A DNA stretch of 64,000 bases, taken from the IMG/VR virus record IMGVR_UViG_3300037692_000302; one strand, given 5' to 3'. The stretch comes from an uncultured virus (IMG/VR IMGVR_UViG_3300037692_000302). Lineage: Duplodnaviria > Heunggongvirae > Uroviricota > Caudoviricetes. Under the pieces are notes generated by a model. The model worked only from the letters and a program-made list of their open reading frames with translations, searched no databases and was not told the origin of the DNA. The first letter of the stretch is position 1; every line of letters starts with the position of its first letter. Both the position numbers and the translations under genes were made by a program. Positions 45,756-54,242 of this stretch are shown piece after piece.

Positions 45756-46826
45756 ATGTCCGTCCCCTACCTCGCGAACACCGGCGGCTACACCGCCTAC
45801 CGCATCCCCGTCCTCACGGTGGCACCGGACGGCTCGCTGCTGGCGTTCGCCGAGGGACGCAAGAACAGCACGAGCGACTTCGGCGAGATCGACATCGTGT
45901 GCCGCCGCTCCACCGACGGCGGTGCGACGTGGGGACCGCAGTCGGTCGTCACCAGCCACGGAGCGAACACGGCAGGCAACCCGGCTGTGGTCACCGACCC
46001 GGTATCCGGGGACCTCATCCTCCTGTCGTGCGGCAACGTCGGCGACACCGACGAGGTCGAGGTCATGAAGGGCCTGGCGACCCGGCAGGTGTACGTGCAG
46101 CGCAGCACGGACAGCGGCGCCACCTGGACGACGCCCGTCGACATCACCACGCAGGTGAAGGCGTCGTGGATGCGCTGGTACGCCACCGGTCCGGGCCGCG
46201 GCGTCGCCGTCACTGGGGGCGCGCACGTCGGACGCCTGGTGATCCCTGCGAACCACTCCCGCACGCCAGCCGCAGGCAGCCCCGATACGGGTGCGGAGTC
46301 CAAGTATCTGGGCGCGCACGGCCTGGTGAGCGATGACGGCGGCCACACCTGGAGCATCACGTGGACGAGCTCTAACCCGACAGGCGGCCTCAACGAGAAC
46401 GAGACCGCCGTCGCCGAACTCGCGGACGGCCGCCTGTACTTCAACGCCCGGGACCAGAACGGCACCGTTGCGGGCACCCGCGCCGACACCTGGTCGGCGG
46501 ACGGCGGCACGACGGTACAGTCCGCATTCCTGGTGCAGGGGACGATCACCACACCGGTCGTCCACGGCAGCCTGTTGCAGGTGCCGGGCGGGCCGCTGCT
46601 GTATGCGGGGCCGGAGCATCCTGACGGCCGGGTCGCGATGGCGATCCGCCGATCCGACGACGGCGGCCGTACCTGGTGGACGTGCCGCCGGATCTCGGGG
46701 CTGCATGCCGCGTACTCGTCGATGGCGATGCTCGACGCCAGCACGGTGGGCCTGCTGTACGAGACCGGGGACTGGACGCCTTACGACCGCATCGAGTTCG
46801 TTGCGGTGCCGGTCGCCGAACTCTGA
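45756..46826 (+). CDS. sialidase/neuraminidase-like protein (GH33)
   Basis: YRIP motif; Asp-boxes STDGGATW, STDSGATW, SDDGGHTW, SDDGGRTW; AYS; LYE. Confidence 0.9.
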   Translation: MSVPYLANTGGYTAYRIPVLTVAPDGSLLAFAEGRKNSTSDFGEIDIVCRRSTDGGATWGPQSVVTSHGANTAGNPAVVTDPVSGDLILLSCGNVGDTDEVEVMKGLATRQVYVQRSTDSGATWTTPVDITTQVKASWMRWYATGPGRGVAVTGGAHVGRLVIPANHSRTPAAGSPDTGAESKYLGAHGLVSDDGGHTWSITWTSSNPTGGLNENETAVAELADGRLYFNARDQNGTVAGTRADTWSADGGTTVQSAFLVQGTITTPVVHGSLLQVPGGPLLYAGPEHPDGRVAMAIRRSDDGGRTWWTCRRISGLHAAYSSMAMLDASTVGLLYETGDWTPYDRIEFVAVPVAEL

Positions 46827-46887
46827 CGGCTGCAGCCCCGCCGCCTCGCGCCATCCGGCCGGGGCATCTCACGCCCTGGAGGAACTC

Positions 46888-47157
46888 ATGGATTTCGGTG
46901 AAGCGCTCAGCGCACTCAAGGACGGAGCCCGCGTGACCCGGGCCGGATGGAACGGTCAGGGCATGTTCGTGGTGCACCAGAAGGGCTATCCGGACGGCAT
47001 CCCGATCAACGCCAACACGGCCGAAGCGACGGGCATCCCGCAGGGAACGGTGTGCCGGTTCCGGCCGTACCTGATGATGAAGACGGTGGACGACGAGTTC
47101 GTCCCCTGGGTCATCAGTCAGACCGACGCGCTCGCCGAGGACTGGGAGCGCGTCTGA
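46888..47157 (+). CDS. DUF2829 protein (Tad2-like anti-defence sponge)
   Basis: MDFGEAL.ALK.G.RV.R.GWNG.GMF...PW..SQTD.LAEDW. Confidence 0.85.
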   Translation: MDFGEALSALKDGARVTRAGWNGQGMFVVHQKGYPDGIPINANTAEATGIPQGTVCRFRPYLMMKTVDDEFVPWVISQTDALAEDWERV

Positions 47158-48071
47158 TGGCCACACCGCTGTCCGCTGACCGGATGCTCGCCGCCCTGCG
47201 CGCCGAGGGCCTGACGGTGCGCGAGCACGCCGGGTGGAGAACGCATAGCCGGGACGACGAGACGGGCAAAACGTTCGGCCCCGTGATCGGCGTACTCATC
47301 CACCACACGGCCGGGCACGACGACCGCGAGCTGTGCTTCAACGGCCGCCCAGATCTGCCGGGCCCGCTGAGCCACGGCTGGCTGGGGAAGACGGACGGGC
47401 TGTGGCTGCTCGGCAACGGGCGCACCAACCACGCCGGGTCCGTCGATCTGGACGTACTGAACGCGCTGCTCGCGGAGACATCCCCGCTGCCGGTGGACGA
47501 CGAGACCAACGCGGACGGCAACGACTGCCTGTACGGGCTGGAGATCGAGAACCGCGGCAACGGTGCGGACCCATATCCGGCCGGGCAGTACGACGAGGCG
47601 GTGCGGTGGGCGGCGGCATTGTGCCGGGTGCACCGCTGGTCGGAGCGGTCGGTGGCCGGGCACAAGGAGGTCCAGCCCGGGAAGGTCGACCCGAGCTTCG
47701 ACATGAACGGGTTCCGGGCCGCGGTCGCCGCGCGGCTCGCGCACGCCCCCGACTGGAATCCGAACGAGGAGGACGACGTGACTCTGACCGCCGACGAGTT
47801 GAAGGACATCGCCAAGGCCGTCTGGGCTCACCGCCTGACGAGCCCGACCGCAGCCGCAGGAACGGACCCCACCCGCGAAGCAGGGACGTTCCTCCGCTGG
47901 AGCGACGCCCGGCAGGCCCAGCTCCTCGCCGAGCTGGGCGCCCTGCGCGGCACGGTGCTGGCCCTCGCGGAAGCGGGCGGCCTGGACGCGACAGAAGTAC
48001 TGGCCGCGGCGGAGGCCGGCGCACGGACCGTGCTGGCCGAACTCGGCGACGCACTCACCGGAGGGAACTGA
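47157..48071 (+). CDS. endolysin, N-acetylmuramoyl-L-alanine amidase
   Basis: GVLIHHTAG; LPGPL; NHAG; GLEIEN; GHKE...K.DP. Confidence 0.9.
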   Translation: MATPLSADRMLAALRAEGLTVREHAGWRTHSRDDETGKTFGPVIGVLIHHTAGHDDRELCFNGRPDLPGPLSHGWLGKTDGLWLLGNGRTNHAGSVDLDVLNALLAETSPLPVDDETNADGNDCLYGLEIENRGNGADPYPAGQYDEAVRWAAALCRVHRWSERSVAGHKEVQPGKVDPSFDMNGFRAAVAARLAHAPDWNPNEEDDVTLTADELKDIAKAVWAHRLTSPTAAAGTDPTREAGTFLRWSDARQAQLLAELGALRGTVLALAEAGGLDATEVLAAAEAGARTVLAELGDALTGGN

Positions 48072-48074
48072 CCC

Positions 48075-48269
48075 ATGAAGATCTCGAAGTACTGGAAGGC
48101 CGTCGTCGCCGCGCTCGCGGCCGGGGCCGGAGCTGTGACCACGGCAGCGCAGGACGGCCAGATCACCGGCGAGGAGTGGTGGACCGTCGGCATGGCCGTC
48201 CTCGTCGCCCTCGGCTTCACGTGGGCCGTACCGAACAAGCCGTCGGCCGGAGAGGACCCGCAGGCATGA
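48075..48269 (+). CDS. putative holin
   Basis: 64 aa, two TM segments, directly after endolysin. Confidence 0.7.
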   Translation: MKISKYWKAVVAALAAGAGAVTTAAQDGQITGEEWWTVGMAVLVALGFTWAVPNKPSAGEDPQA

Positions 48270-48562
48270 GCAGTCCCTTGGACGGACGGATCCGCTCCAT
48301 CGCCCGCGAGGAAGCCACCGCTCTCCTCGGCGTCCCCGGCGGGGTGCAGTCGGTGGCCGGTTCGGCGCCGACTGCGGAGCAGCTGCAAGAGCAGATCACC
48401 TACCTGCACGAACACCTGCACCTGGCGGCTACCAAGCTCAGCAACGCGGAGGAGCGCATCCGTGCGCTGGAGAAGGCGGCCGGGCATGCGGAGTCGGAGG
48501 AGCGGCCGACGGCACGGCGGACGCCCCGCAAGACGGATAGGGGTGCACCCGCTCCGGAATGA
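48266..48562 (+). CDS. coiled-coil hypothetical protein
   Basis: ATGA overlap; heptad pattern. Confidence 0.6.
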   Translation: MSSPLDGRIRSIAREEATALLGVPGGVQSVAGSAPTAEQLQEQITYLHEHLHLAATKLSNAEERIRALEKAAGHAESEERPTARRTPRKTDRGAPAPE

Positions 48563-48586
48563 TCTACGCCGGGCGGCTCTTACCGT
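48554..48586 (+). promoter_or_regulatory. putative late promoter, leaderless to the glycosyltransferase
   Basis: CCGGAATGATC, TACCGT at +27, GTG 7 nt later. Confidence 0.7.
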
Positions 48587-48593
48587 CCGGCCC

Positions 48594-49640
48594 GTGAAGA
48601 CCCTCGTGTACCCGTCAGATTCCTTCGGCTGCGGCTCGTTCAGGGCGATCTGGCCTGGCGGACTCCTCGCTGCCGCCGGGCATGACGTGGAGGTGGTGCG
48701 CCAGAAGGACCGGCGCGTCCGCCTCGTGATGGAAGGCAACGCGGTCAAGGACGTCCTCGTCGACGCCGACGTCGTCGTACTCCAGCGGGTCACGCACGCC
48801 TATATGGCGCAGGCTGTCGGTGTGATGCGGGCGAAGGGCGTCACGGTGGTTGTCGACGTGGATGATGATCTGTCGTCGATTCATCCGTCGAATCCGGCGT
48901 GGGCTGTGCACCGGCCGGGCGCCGGGCTGCATTCGTGGCACAACCTGGCGCTCGCCTGCCGGGAGGCGTCGCTGGTGACGGTGTCGACCCCGGCGCTGCT
49001 GGACGTGTACGCCCGTCACGGGCGCGGGCATGTGCTGCCGAACTATCTGCCGGACCAGTACTACGGGCTGCCGCGTACGGACTCCGACGTGATCGGCTGG
49101 CCGGGCTCAATCCACTCGCATCCGAATGATCCGGAGGTGGTGGGCGGGGCGGTCGCCCGGCTCGTAGATGAGGGCGCCGAATTCGTGATGCGCGGTGACT
49201 CGACGGGCGCCGGGCGGGCGTTCGGGCTGGCTGCGGATCCGGCGGGTGGCGGGGTGCCGATCGAGGAGTGGCCGCAGTCGGTGGCCTCGTTGGGGATCGG
49301 GATTGCCCCGCTTGCGGACACGAAGTTCAACAGGTCGAAATCGCATTTGAAGCCGCTGGAGATGTCAGCCTGCGGTGTGCCGTGGGTGGCGTCGCCGCGT
49401 GCGGAGTACCGGCGGCTGCATGTGATGGGTGCGGGTGTTCTCGCTGACCGGCCGCGTACGTGGTATCGGGAGTTGAAGCGGCTGCGGGAGTCGGCTGCGC
49501 TGCGGGCGGAGTTGTCGGAGGCGGGGCGTGCGGTGGCCGAGCAGCTCCGGCTACGGGATCACGCCTGGCGTTGGGCCGATGCCTGGCAGCGGGCGTACGA
49601 GATGCAGCAGGCTACGCCGCGCACGGCGGTCCCGGCGTAG
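48594..49640 (+). CDS. glycosyltransferase, GT-B fold (GT4-like)
   Basis: VVVLQR; VVVDVDDD; VTVST; IGW.GS; IGIAPL..T.FN..KS.LK.LE.SA.G.P. Confidence 0.85.
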   Translation: MKTLVYPSDSFGCGSFRAIWPGGLLAAAGHDVEVVRQKDRRVRLVMEGNAVKDVLVDADVVVLQRVTHAYMAQAVGVMRAKGVTVVVDVDDDLSSIHPSNPAWAVHRPGAGLHSWHNLALACREASLVTVSTPALLDVYARHGRGHVLPNYLPDQYYGLPRTDSDVIGWPGSIHSHPNDPEVVGGAVARLVDEGAEFVMRGDSTGAGRAFGLAADPAGGGVPIEEWPQSVASLGIGIAPLADTKFNRSKSHLKPLEMSACGVPWVASPRAEYRRLHVMGAGVLADRPRTWYRELKRLRESAALRAELSEAGRAVAEQLRLRDHAWRWADAWQRAYEMQQATPRTAVPA

Positions 49641-49654
49641 CCAACGCAGGGCTA

Positions 49655-49897
49655 CTACTGGTCGGCGATCGACACGCCAGAGAGGAAGTTGCCCTGCGGG
49701 ATGACGCCGTCCGGGACCTCCAGGGTGAGGCGGACTTCGGAGCCGTCCGGAGAAACCTCAGCGTCTACGATCTTGCAGTTGTCGATCCGCTGCCCGTCTG
49801 CCTTCAGCGGGACCGTCTTGCCGATCTGACTGTCGAAGCAGCCGGGCGCGAACTGGCTGTGGGCCGGGGCCTGCTGAGCGATCTGCACAGTTTCCAT
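49655..49897 (-). CDS. hypothetical protein
   Basis: GGGAG RBS. Confidence 0.55.
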   Translation of the reverse strand: METVQIAQQAPAHSQFAPGCFDSQIGKTVPLKADGQRIDNCKIVDAEVSPDGSEVRLTLEVPDGVIPQGNFLSGVSIADQ

Positions 49898-49936
49898 TGC
49901 TGACTCTCCCGTTGATGAATGGCCTGTCGGGTACGA

Positions 49937-50335
49937 CTATGCCGCACTCGCCGGTAGCGGTGTGGCCGCAATCGGTTCCTCGCGCACGTCACGGATCCAC
50001 GAGATTCCACACGCGATGCACAGTTCGTGCGGGTCGTCGTACACGAGGGACGTGGCCAGACACAGCGGGCACTTCGCCCGCGTCCGCACCCGCTTCAACT
50101 GCCCCCGCTGATACGTGGTCGTGCCACCCCAGTAGCCCTCCGCACCGTGGAGCATCGCCCACGCCAGGCACTTCGTACGGACCGGGCAGGTGCGGCACCA
50201 CTGCTGCGCGATGTTGACGCCTTCGTCGGTCTCCTTGTCGGGCACGAAGTCGAAGCCGCTACTGACGCAGGGAGCGCCCGCCTGCCACTCGGTTCCTTCG
50301 GCGCTGACCGGGGTGAGGATCTTCTTCTCGATCAC
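49937..50335 (-). CDS. WhiB-family regulator with C-terminal Zn ribbon
   Basis: W....C...CRTCPVR..CL.WA...GYWGG; CPLC...CIACG. Confidence 0.85.
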   Translation of the reverse strand: MIEKKILTPVSAEGTEWQAGAPCVSSGFDFVPDKETDEGVNIAQQWCRTCPVRTKCLAWAMLHGAEGYWGGTTTYQRGQLKRVRTRAKCPLCLATSLVYDDPHELCIACGISWIRDVREEPIAATPLPASAA

Positions 50336-50565
50336 AGCTTCCCCGTCCATGCGGGATCTCCGCGCCCGGACCGTGTGCAGGCTGGGCAGATGCCGCGCCA
50401 AAGACCCGGCCTGTCTGGGTCGGGAATCGCGGAAGGCTTCCCGTCACGGTCCTTCCACTCATGGCCGCCGGTGAATCTGCCGCACAACGTGCACGGCAGC
50501 CAGAAGTATCCGAACGCGCCTGCGTACCAGCGGTGCAGGAACCGGGGCAGCACACTGATCTTCAC
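50332..50565 (-). CDS. hypothetical protein with CxxC pairs
   Basis: CTLCG...CPAC; coupled. Confidence 0.55.
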   Translation of the reverse strand: MKISVLPRFLHRWYAGAFGYFWLPCTLCGRFTGGHEWKDRDGKPSAIPDPDRPGLWRGICPACTRSGRGDPAWTGKL

Positions 50566-50575
50566 GGCTCGCTCC

Positions 50576-50827
50576 TCAGGGGCACGGGGTGCCGTCGTTG
50601 ACGGACCACACGATCACGCCGCGCTCCTCGTCGAGGCACCGCTCGACCCGGCCAGCCCGGCGCAGGCGTCCGAGGGCGAGGGCGACGAGGTCGGTGGTGA
50701 GGCCGGTCTGCTCGGCGAGCTGGCCGCGCGAGCGTGAGCCCTGGGCGAGGAGTTCGTAAAGCTGTTCGTCGCGGGCGATGGTTTCTGGGGAGCGGGGGCG
50801 TCCTCTACGGGGTGCGGTCTGCTGCAT
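50576..50827 (-). CDS. winged-HTH protein with AT-hook-like RRGRPR
   Basis: RSRGQLAEQTGL......AL.RL...GRV. Confidence 0.65.
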   Translation of the reverse strand: MQQTAPRRGRPRSPETIARDEQLYELLAQGSRSRGQLAEQTGLTTDLVALALGRLRRAGRVERCLDEERGVIVWSVNDGTPCP

Positions 50828-50895
50828 GATCTGCTCACATTCATTTCGGCGAGCGACTGAATACCATTATGCAGAAGGGTGCAAGTCAGCCGTGG

Positions 50896-50928
50896 CCGGA
50901 ATGTGCCAGACAGCCCGCATGTGACACT
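50896..50928 (+). promoter_or_regulatory. putative late promoter
   Basis: CCGGAATG, GACACT at +27. Confidence 0.5.
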
Positions 50929-50975
50929 CCCGTTCGAACGGCCCGCACAACGGGGCCTGCACGACGGAGGACCCC

Positions 50976-51224
50976 ATGGACCTGATCATCTACCTCGGCG
51001 GAGGCTCAGCCGCACTCCTCGCCATCGGCGCACTCGCCCGCGGTGTGTGGCGCGTCAACCGGCGCCTCGTCGTCATCGTGAACGCGGTGCGGGAACTGGC
51101 GCCGAACGGTGGCCACTCCATCAAGGACACCGTGACGCGCACGGAACGCAAGGTCGATGACACGGCGCGCGAGTTGTGTGAGCTGAAAGAACGGTTCAAC
51201 GAGCACCTGTCGAGCGAGGCTTGA
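50976..51224 (+). CDS. single-TM membrane protein, possibly lysis-associated
   Basis: N-terminal TM; PNGG.S.KD; coiled coil; GGAGG RBS. Confidence 0.65.
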   Translation: MDLIIYLGGGSAALLAIGALARGVWRVNRRLVVIVNAVRELAPNGGHSIKDTVTRTERKVDDTARELCELKERFNEHLSSEA

Positions 51225-51283
51225 GCGTCGCCCCTGGCTGTGGTGTTGGATCCGCGCCGCCTCACGTACGCGTGAAGCGAGTT

Positions 51284-51311
51284 GGCCCGCTCCCCTTCGG
51301 GAGGGCGGGCC
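51284..51311. terminator. terminator-like hairpin
   Basis: GGCCCGCTC...TTCG...GGGCGGGCC between convergent genes. Confidence 0.6.
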
Positions 51312-51329
51312 TCTTCGCTGTATCCGAGC

Positions 51330-51518
51330 TCATGCCGCGTCGGCGACCGCACTCTCCACCCGTACCGCTGTCGCCCACTCCACCACCAGCCGCTCGTACT
51401 CCCGCCGCTCCCCGGGGGACGTCGGCCGGCCGTCGAGCCGCAGCCACAGGGCACGGATCTCGGCATTCACCACGGCAGCAGACCGCACGGAACCACGGGA
51501 CGGGAAGTCGGGGAGCAT
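51330..51518 (-). CDS. small hypothetical protein
   Basis: RSAA.VN.EIRALW...EY.RL..EW..A. Confidence 0.6.
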   Translation of the reverse strand: MLPDFPSRGSVRSAAVVNAEIRALWLRLDGRPTSPGERREYERLVVEWATAVRVESAVADAA

Positions 51519-51537
51519 GCAGACAACCCTACGACGA

Positions 51538-52431
51538 TCAAAGATCACCCAGATTCAGCCCCCGCGCCTCATCCGCGGCACGCTTCGCTGCTGTCGCCCG
51601 CGTATACCGATCGATCATGTCCCGGCGCGACCAGCCCGCGACCGCCATCAGGCCACCCTCCGACCCCCCACGTTGAAGCCACCTCCCGGCCGCCGTGTGC
51701 CTCAGAACATGAGGATGGAAACCCTCAAGCCCCGCGATGCCCGCGCGACGCACAAGGCTGTCATAGAGCCCGGAGTAGGCGATGCTCTTCCCCCTGGTCC
51801 CGAGCCACAGGTTCGGCGTGGACGCGAGCCTGTGGGGGCGCCTCAAACGCAGGTACCGGTCGACGGCCCGGCAGGTCTGCGGACCGACGGGGACGGTGCG
51901 GCCCTTGCCTCCCTTGCCGCGGCGGACGATGGCCACGCCGGCGGCGAGGTCGATGTCGTCGGTGGTCATGGCGACGACTTCGCCGATGCGGGCGCCGGTC
52001 TCAATCATGAGGCGGATGATGGCCTCGTCGCGGCGCTCCCAGAAGTCCTTGCCTGCGCAGGCCTTGATGAGGGCCTTGAGCTGATCGTCGGATAGCTCAG
52101 GAACAATTTTGCTATCGAGCTTGGGTGGTCTCAGGCCGACGAGCGGGTCTTCGTCGAGTTCGCCTTCTTCTTTGAGCCACGCGGAGAAGCGGCGCATGGA
52201 CAACTGCCGGGAGCGGGCCGTGGCGGCTTCGGCTCCCTCGTCGAGGAGGTCGGCGATGAAGGCGTTGACGGCGCCTCGGGTGAGGTCAGGCTCTCTTTCG
52301 GTGCGGTCGCACCAGGTGATGAACCGTTTGACTCCGTCGGTGTAGGTCTTGATGGTCTGGCCGCTCTTGCGTTCGGCGCGTAGGTGCAGTGCCCAGGATT
52401 CGAGCAGGCCGTGCATCTCGGCAGCGTTCAC
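51538..52431 (-). CDS. int: tyrosine integrase/recombinase
   Basis: TGARIGE, KGGKGR, HPHVLRH, GW, RY catalytic set. Confidence 0.93.
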   Translation of the reverse strand: MNAAEMHGLLESWALHLRAERKSGQTIKTYTDGVKRFITWCDRTEREPDLTRGAVNAFIADLLDEGAEAATARSRQLSMRRFSAWLKEEGELDEDPLVGLRPPKLDSKIVPELSDDQLKALIKACAGKDFWERRDEAIIRLMIETGARIGEVVAMTTDDIDLAAGVAIVRRGKGGKGRTVPVGPQTCRAVDRYLRLRRPHRLASTPNLWLGTRGKSIAYSGLYDSLVRRAGIAGLEGFHPHVLRHTAAGRWLQRGGSEGGLMAVAGWSRRDMIDRYTRATAAKRAADEARGLNLGDL

Positions 52432-52495
52432 CAGGTCCCCCCTTGATGATCTTTCGAAGTGATATCTCCACTGGATCCGCCATGCTTGGCACAGC

Positions 52496-52536
52496 AAAGC
52501 GCCCCCGACCGAGAATGTAAAGGTCAGGGGCGCTTT
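52496..52536. terminator. hairpin within the candidate attP region
   Basis: AAAGCGCCCCCGACC...GGTCAGGGGCGCTTT. Confidence 0.55.
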
Positions 52537-52628
52537 CTAGGGGGAAGGTCAGTCAAGATAGTCGCGCACTACGCCCCCTTGAACGCCATGCTTGGGCTGG
52601 TGTTTCCTGCTCACCCCGAAAGGCCATG

Positions 52629-52868
52629 CTATGCAATACCCTCGGTTGAGGAATCCTTCCGCCTACGGGTGGCGGACGCGAGGCCCGTGTCCCTGGGGAC
52701 AAGAAGTGTGATCGCTTCCAGCGCCGACTCCCTGTCGATCTGCTCGGGGTCGTACGCCGCGTAGAGGCCGCTGCGCCCCGGCCACACGACCACGGGGCGC
52801 CCGGCTTCCAAGGCCTGCCGCTCAAGACGAATCTTTCCTCTGGTCACACGTCCCCCTTCTCCCGTCAC
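52629..52868 (-). CDS. hypothetical protein
   Basis: ORF between integrase and repressor. Confidence 0.4.
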   Translation of the reverse strand: MTGEGGRVTRGKIRLERQALEAGRPVVVWPGRSGLYAAYDPEQIDRESALEAITLLVPRDTGLASATRRRKDSSTEGIA

Positions 52869-52979
52869 TGCGAGGCGCCCGCGAGGGGTGCGGCAGGCCT
52901 GCGGTGGCGTAAGTGTCCATGAGGTGTGGTGACTTTACGCCGACCGATCAGGGACGGAAAGCGGTTCACCCAGGTGTGT

Positions 52980-53357
52980 TCAGTCTCCATCTGCCGCCTC
53001 GCGCGCACGCTGTTCCTGCACCGCTCTCTCTGAGGCCGCCGTGTCACCTCCTACCGCCGGGGCGTGGATCACGTAGCCGCCGGCTACTTCCGTGGCGACC
53101 AGGCCGGTGTACTGGTAGGCGGCAGCGGCTTGGACTCGCTCTTCCGGGAGGCCGATTCCTGCGGCGACGGCGCGGACGAGCTCGGGGTCGATGATGACGC
53201 GCTCGCCTTTCGCGACCTTCCATAGCACGCCGAGGCTGGGTTTGTGTCCGCTCACGGGGTCGATCGCTCGCTCTTCGAACTTGCGGTACGTCATGGCGGT
53301 GCCGGGGCCAACCCGTGCGGCGACCAGATCGGTGAGGGTTTCGGGCTCGCGTGCCAT
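52980..53357 (-). CDS. probable immunity repressor
   Basis: Divergent from the cro-like gene; HTH-like TYRKF...S.GVLWK..KG; GGAG RBS. Confidence 0.6.
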   Translation of the reverse strand: MAREPETLTDLVAARVGPGTAMTYRKFEERAIDPVSGHKPSLGVLWKVAKGERVIIDPELVRAVAAGIGLPEERVQAAAAYQYTGLVATEVAGGYVIHAPAVGGDTAASERAVQEQRAREAADGD

Positions 53358-53434
53358 CGGTGCTCCGTGTCCTGGCGCGTCGGGTCAGGTGGTCGGCGTC
53401 ACCTGGTGGAGGCCCACTCGCGCTCGCGCGTCAT

Positions 53435-53582
53435 TGTCCACGTTCCGGAACGGCGTCGGGGGCTGGCCTGCGATTCCTGTAGAAGATTGCGCGAAAACGG
53501 GGACACGAAAGGTTATGTACGCCGCGCACTGGACATCACGGCAACGCCGTGCTTAGCTGTACATGTTCACGAACGTGGACAG
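53435..53582. promoter_or_regulatory. immunity-switch operators
   Basis: GTTC-N2-GAAC-centred imperfect palindromes at 53435 and 53557; third copy at 53844. Confidence 0.65.
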
Positions 53583-53597
53583 CGGAGGTAGCCACAC

Positions 53598-53891
53598 GTG
53601 CCGGACCCGGCTCAAGAACCCATCTACCGCCTCATCGACAGCGACCTCCTCGGACGCCTCATGAGGTACCCGAACAAGGGAGGCACGCGCCACACGGTGC
53701 GCAGCCTCGCCGACGCGACCGGCATCAGCAAAAGCAAGATCAGCAACATGCTCAACGGCCGGCAGACCAAGCTCCCCGAGAGCAAAGCAACCGCCACCGC
53801 AGTAGCAGTCGGCGTCAACCGCAAGGCCCTTTTCACACCCATCGTGTTCACGTTCACGAACTTGAACACTTCTGAAGAGAGGACGAAATGA
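53598..53891 (+). CDS. Cro-like XRE HTH protein
   Basis: TVRSLADATGISKSKISNMLNG. Confidence 0.8.
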   Translation: MPDPAQEPIYRLIDSDLLGRLMRYPNKGGTRHTVRSLADATGISKSKISNMLNGRQTKLPESKATATAVAVGVNRKALFTPIVFTFTNLNTSEERTK

Positions 53892-54160
53892 ACGAGGAAG
53901 AGCGAAAGCTCCGGGCCCAGCTCGGCGCCGAAATCAGCTGGGCCAACACCGCAGACCGCACCGCCCGCACCGCCCCCGGCAGTCGCGCCGCCGAGGCCCG
54001 CTTCGAGAAGGAAGCACGCGAGCGCCACCCCGACGCCTCCGAGGAGCAGATCGCCCAGGTTGCGGAGCACCTCCGCAAGGCGCACTTCCGCCGCATGGGT
54101 CTCGCCTCGGCGACGAAGCGGCGCAGGGCCCGCGAACAGCAGGCCGACACGGCCGCCTGA
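53888..54160 (+). CDS. prophage hypothetical protein
   Basis: SWANT.DRTARTAP...RFE...RKAHF.RM. Confidence 0.7.
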   Translation: MNEEERKLRAQLGAEISWANTADRTARTAPGSRAAEARFEKEARERHPDASEEQIAQVAEHLRKAHFRRMGLASATKRRRAREQQADTAA

Positions 54161-54242
54161 CCAACGAAGCGGGCCCGCCCCGGACGCGCATCCGGAACAG
54201 GCCCTGGAACCCACTGCACCACAAACGAAAGAAGTGGATCCC

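Noticed and set aside
52432..52628. tRNA fragment as att core
   Set aside because: No T-loop GTTCGA or CCA-type 3' end recognisable; I recognised no tRNA genes anywhere in the window
53435..53869. LexA/SOS boxes
   Set aside because: The core is GTTC-N2-GAAC, the opposite orientation and spacing to the actinobacterial GAAC-N4-GTTC box
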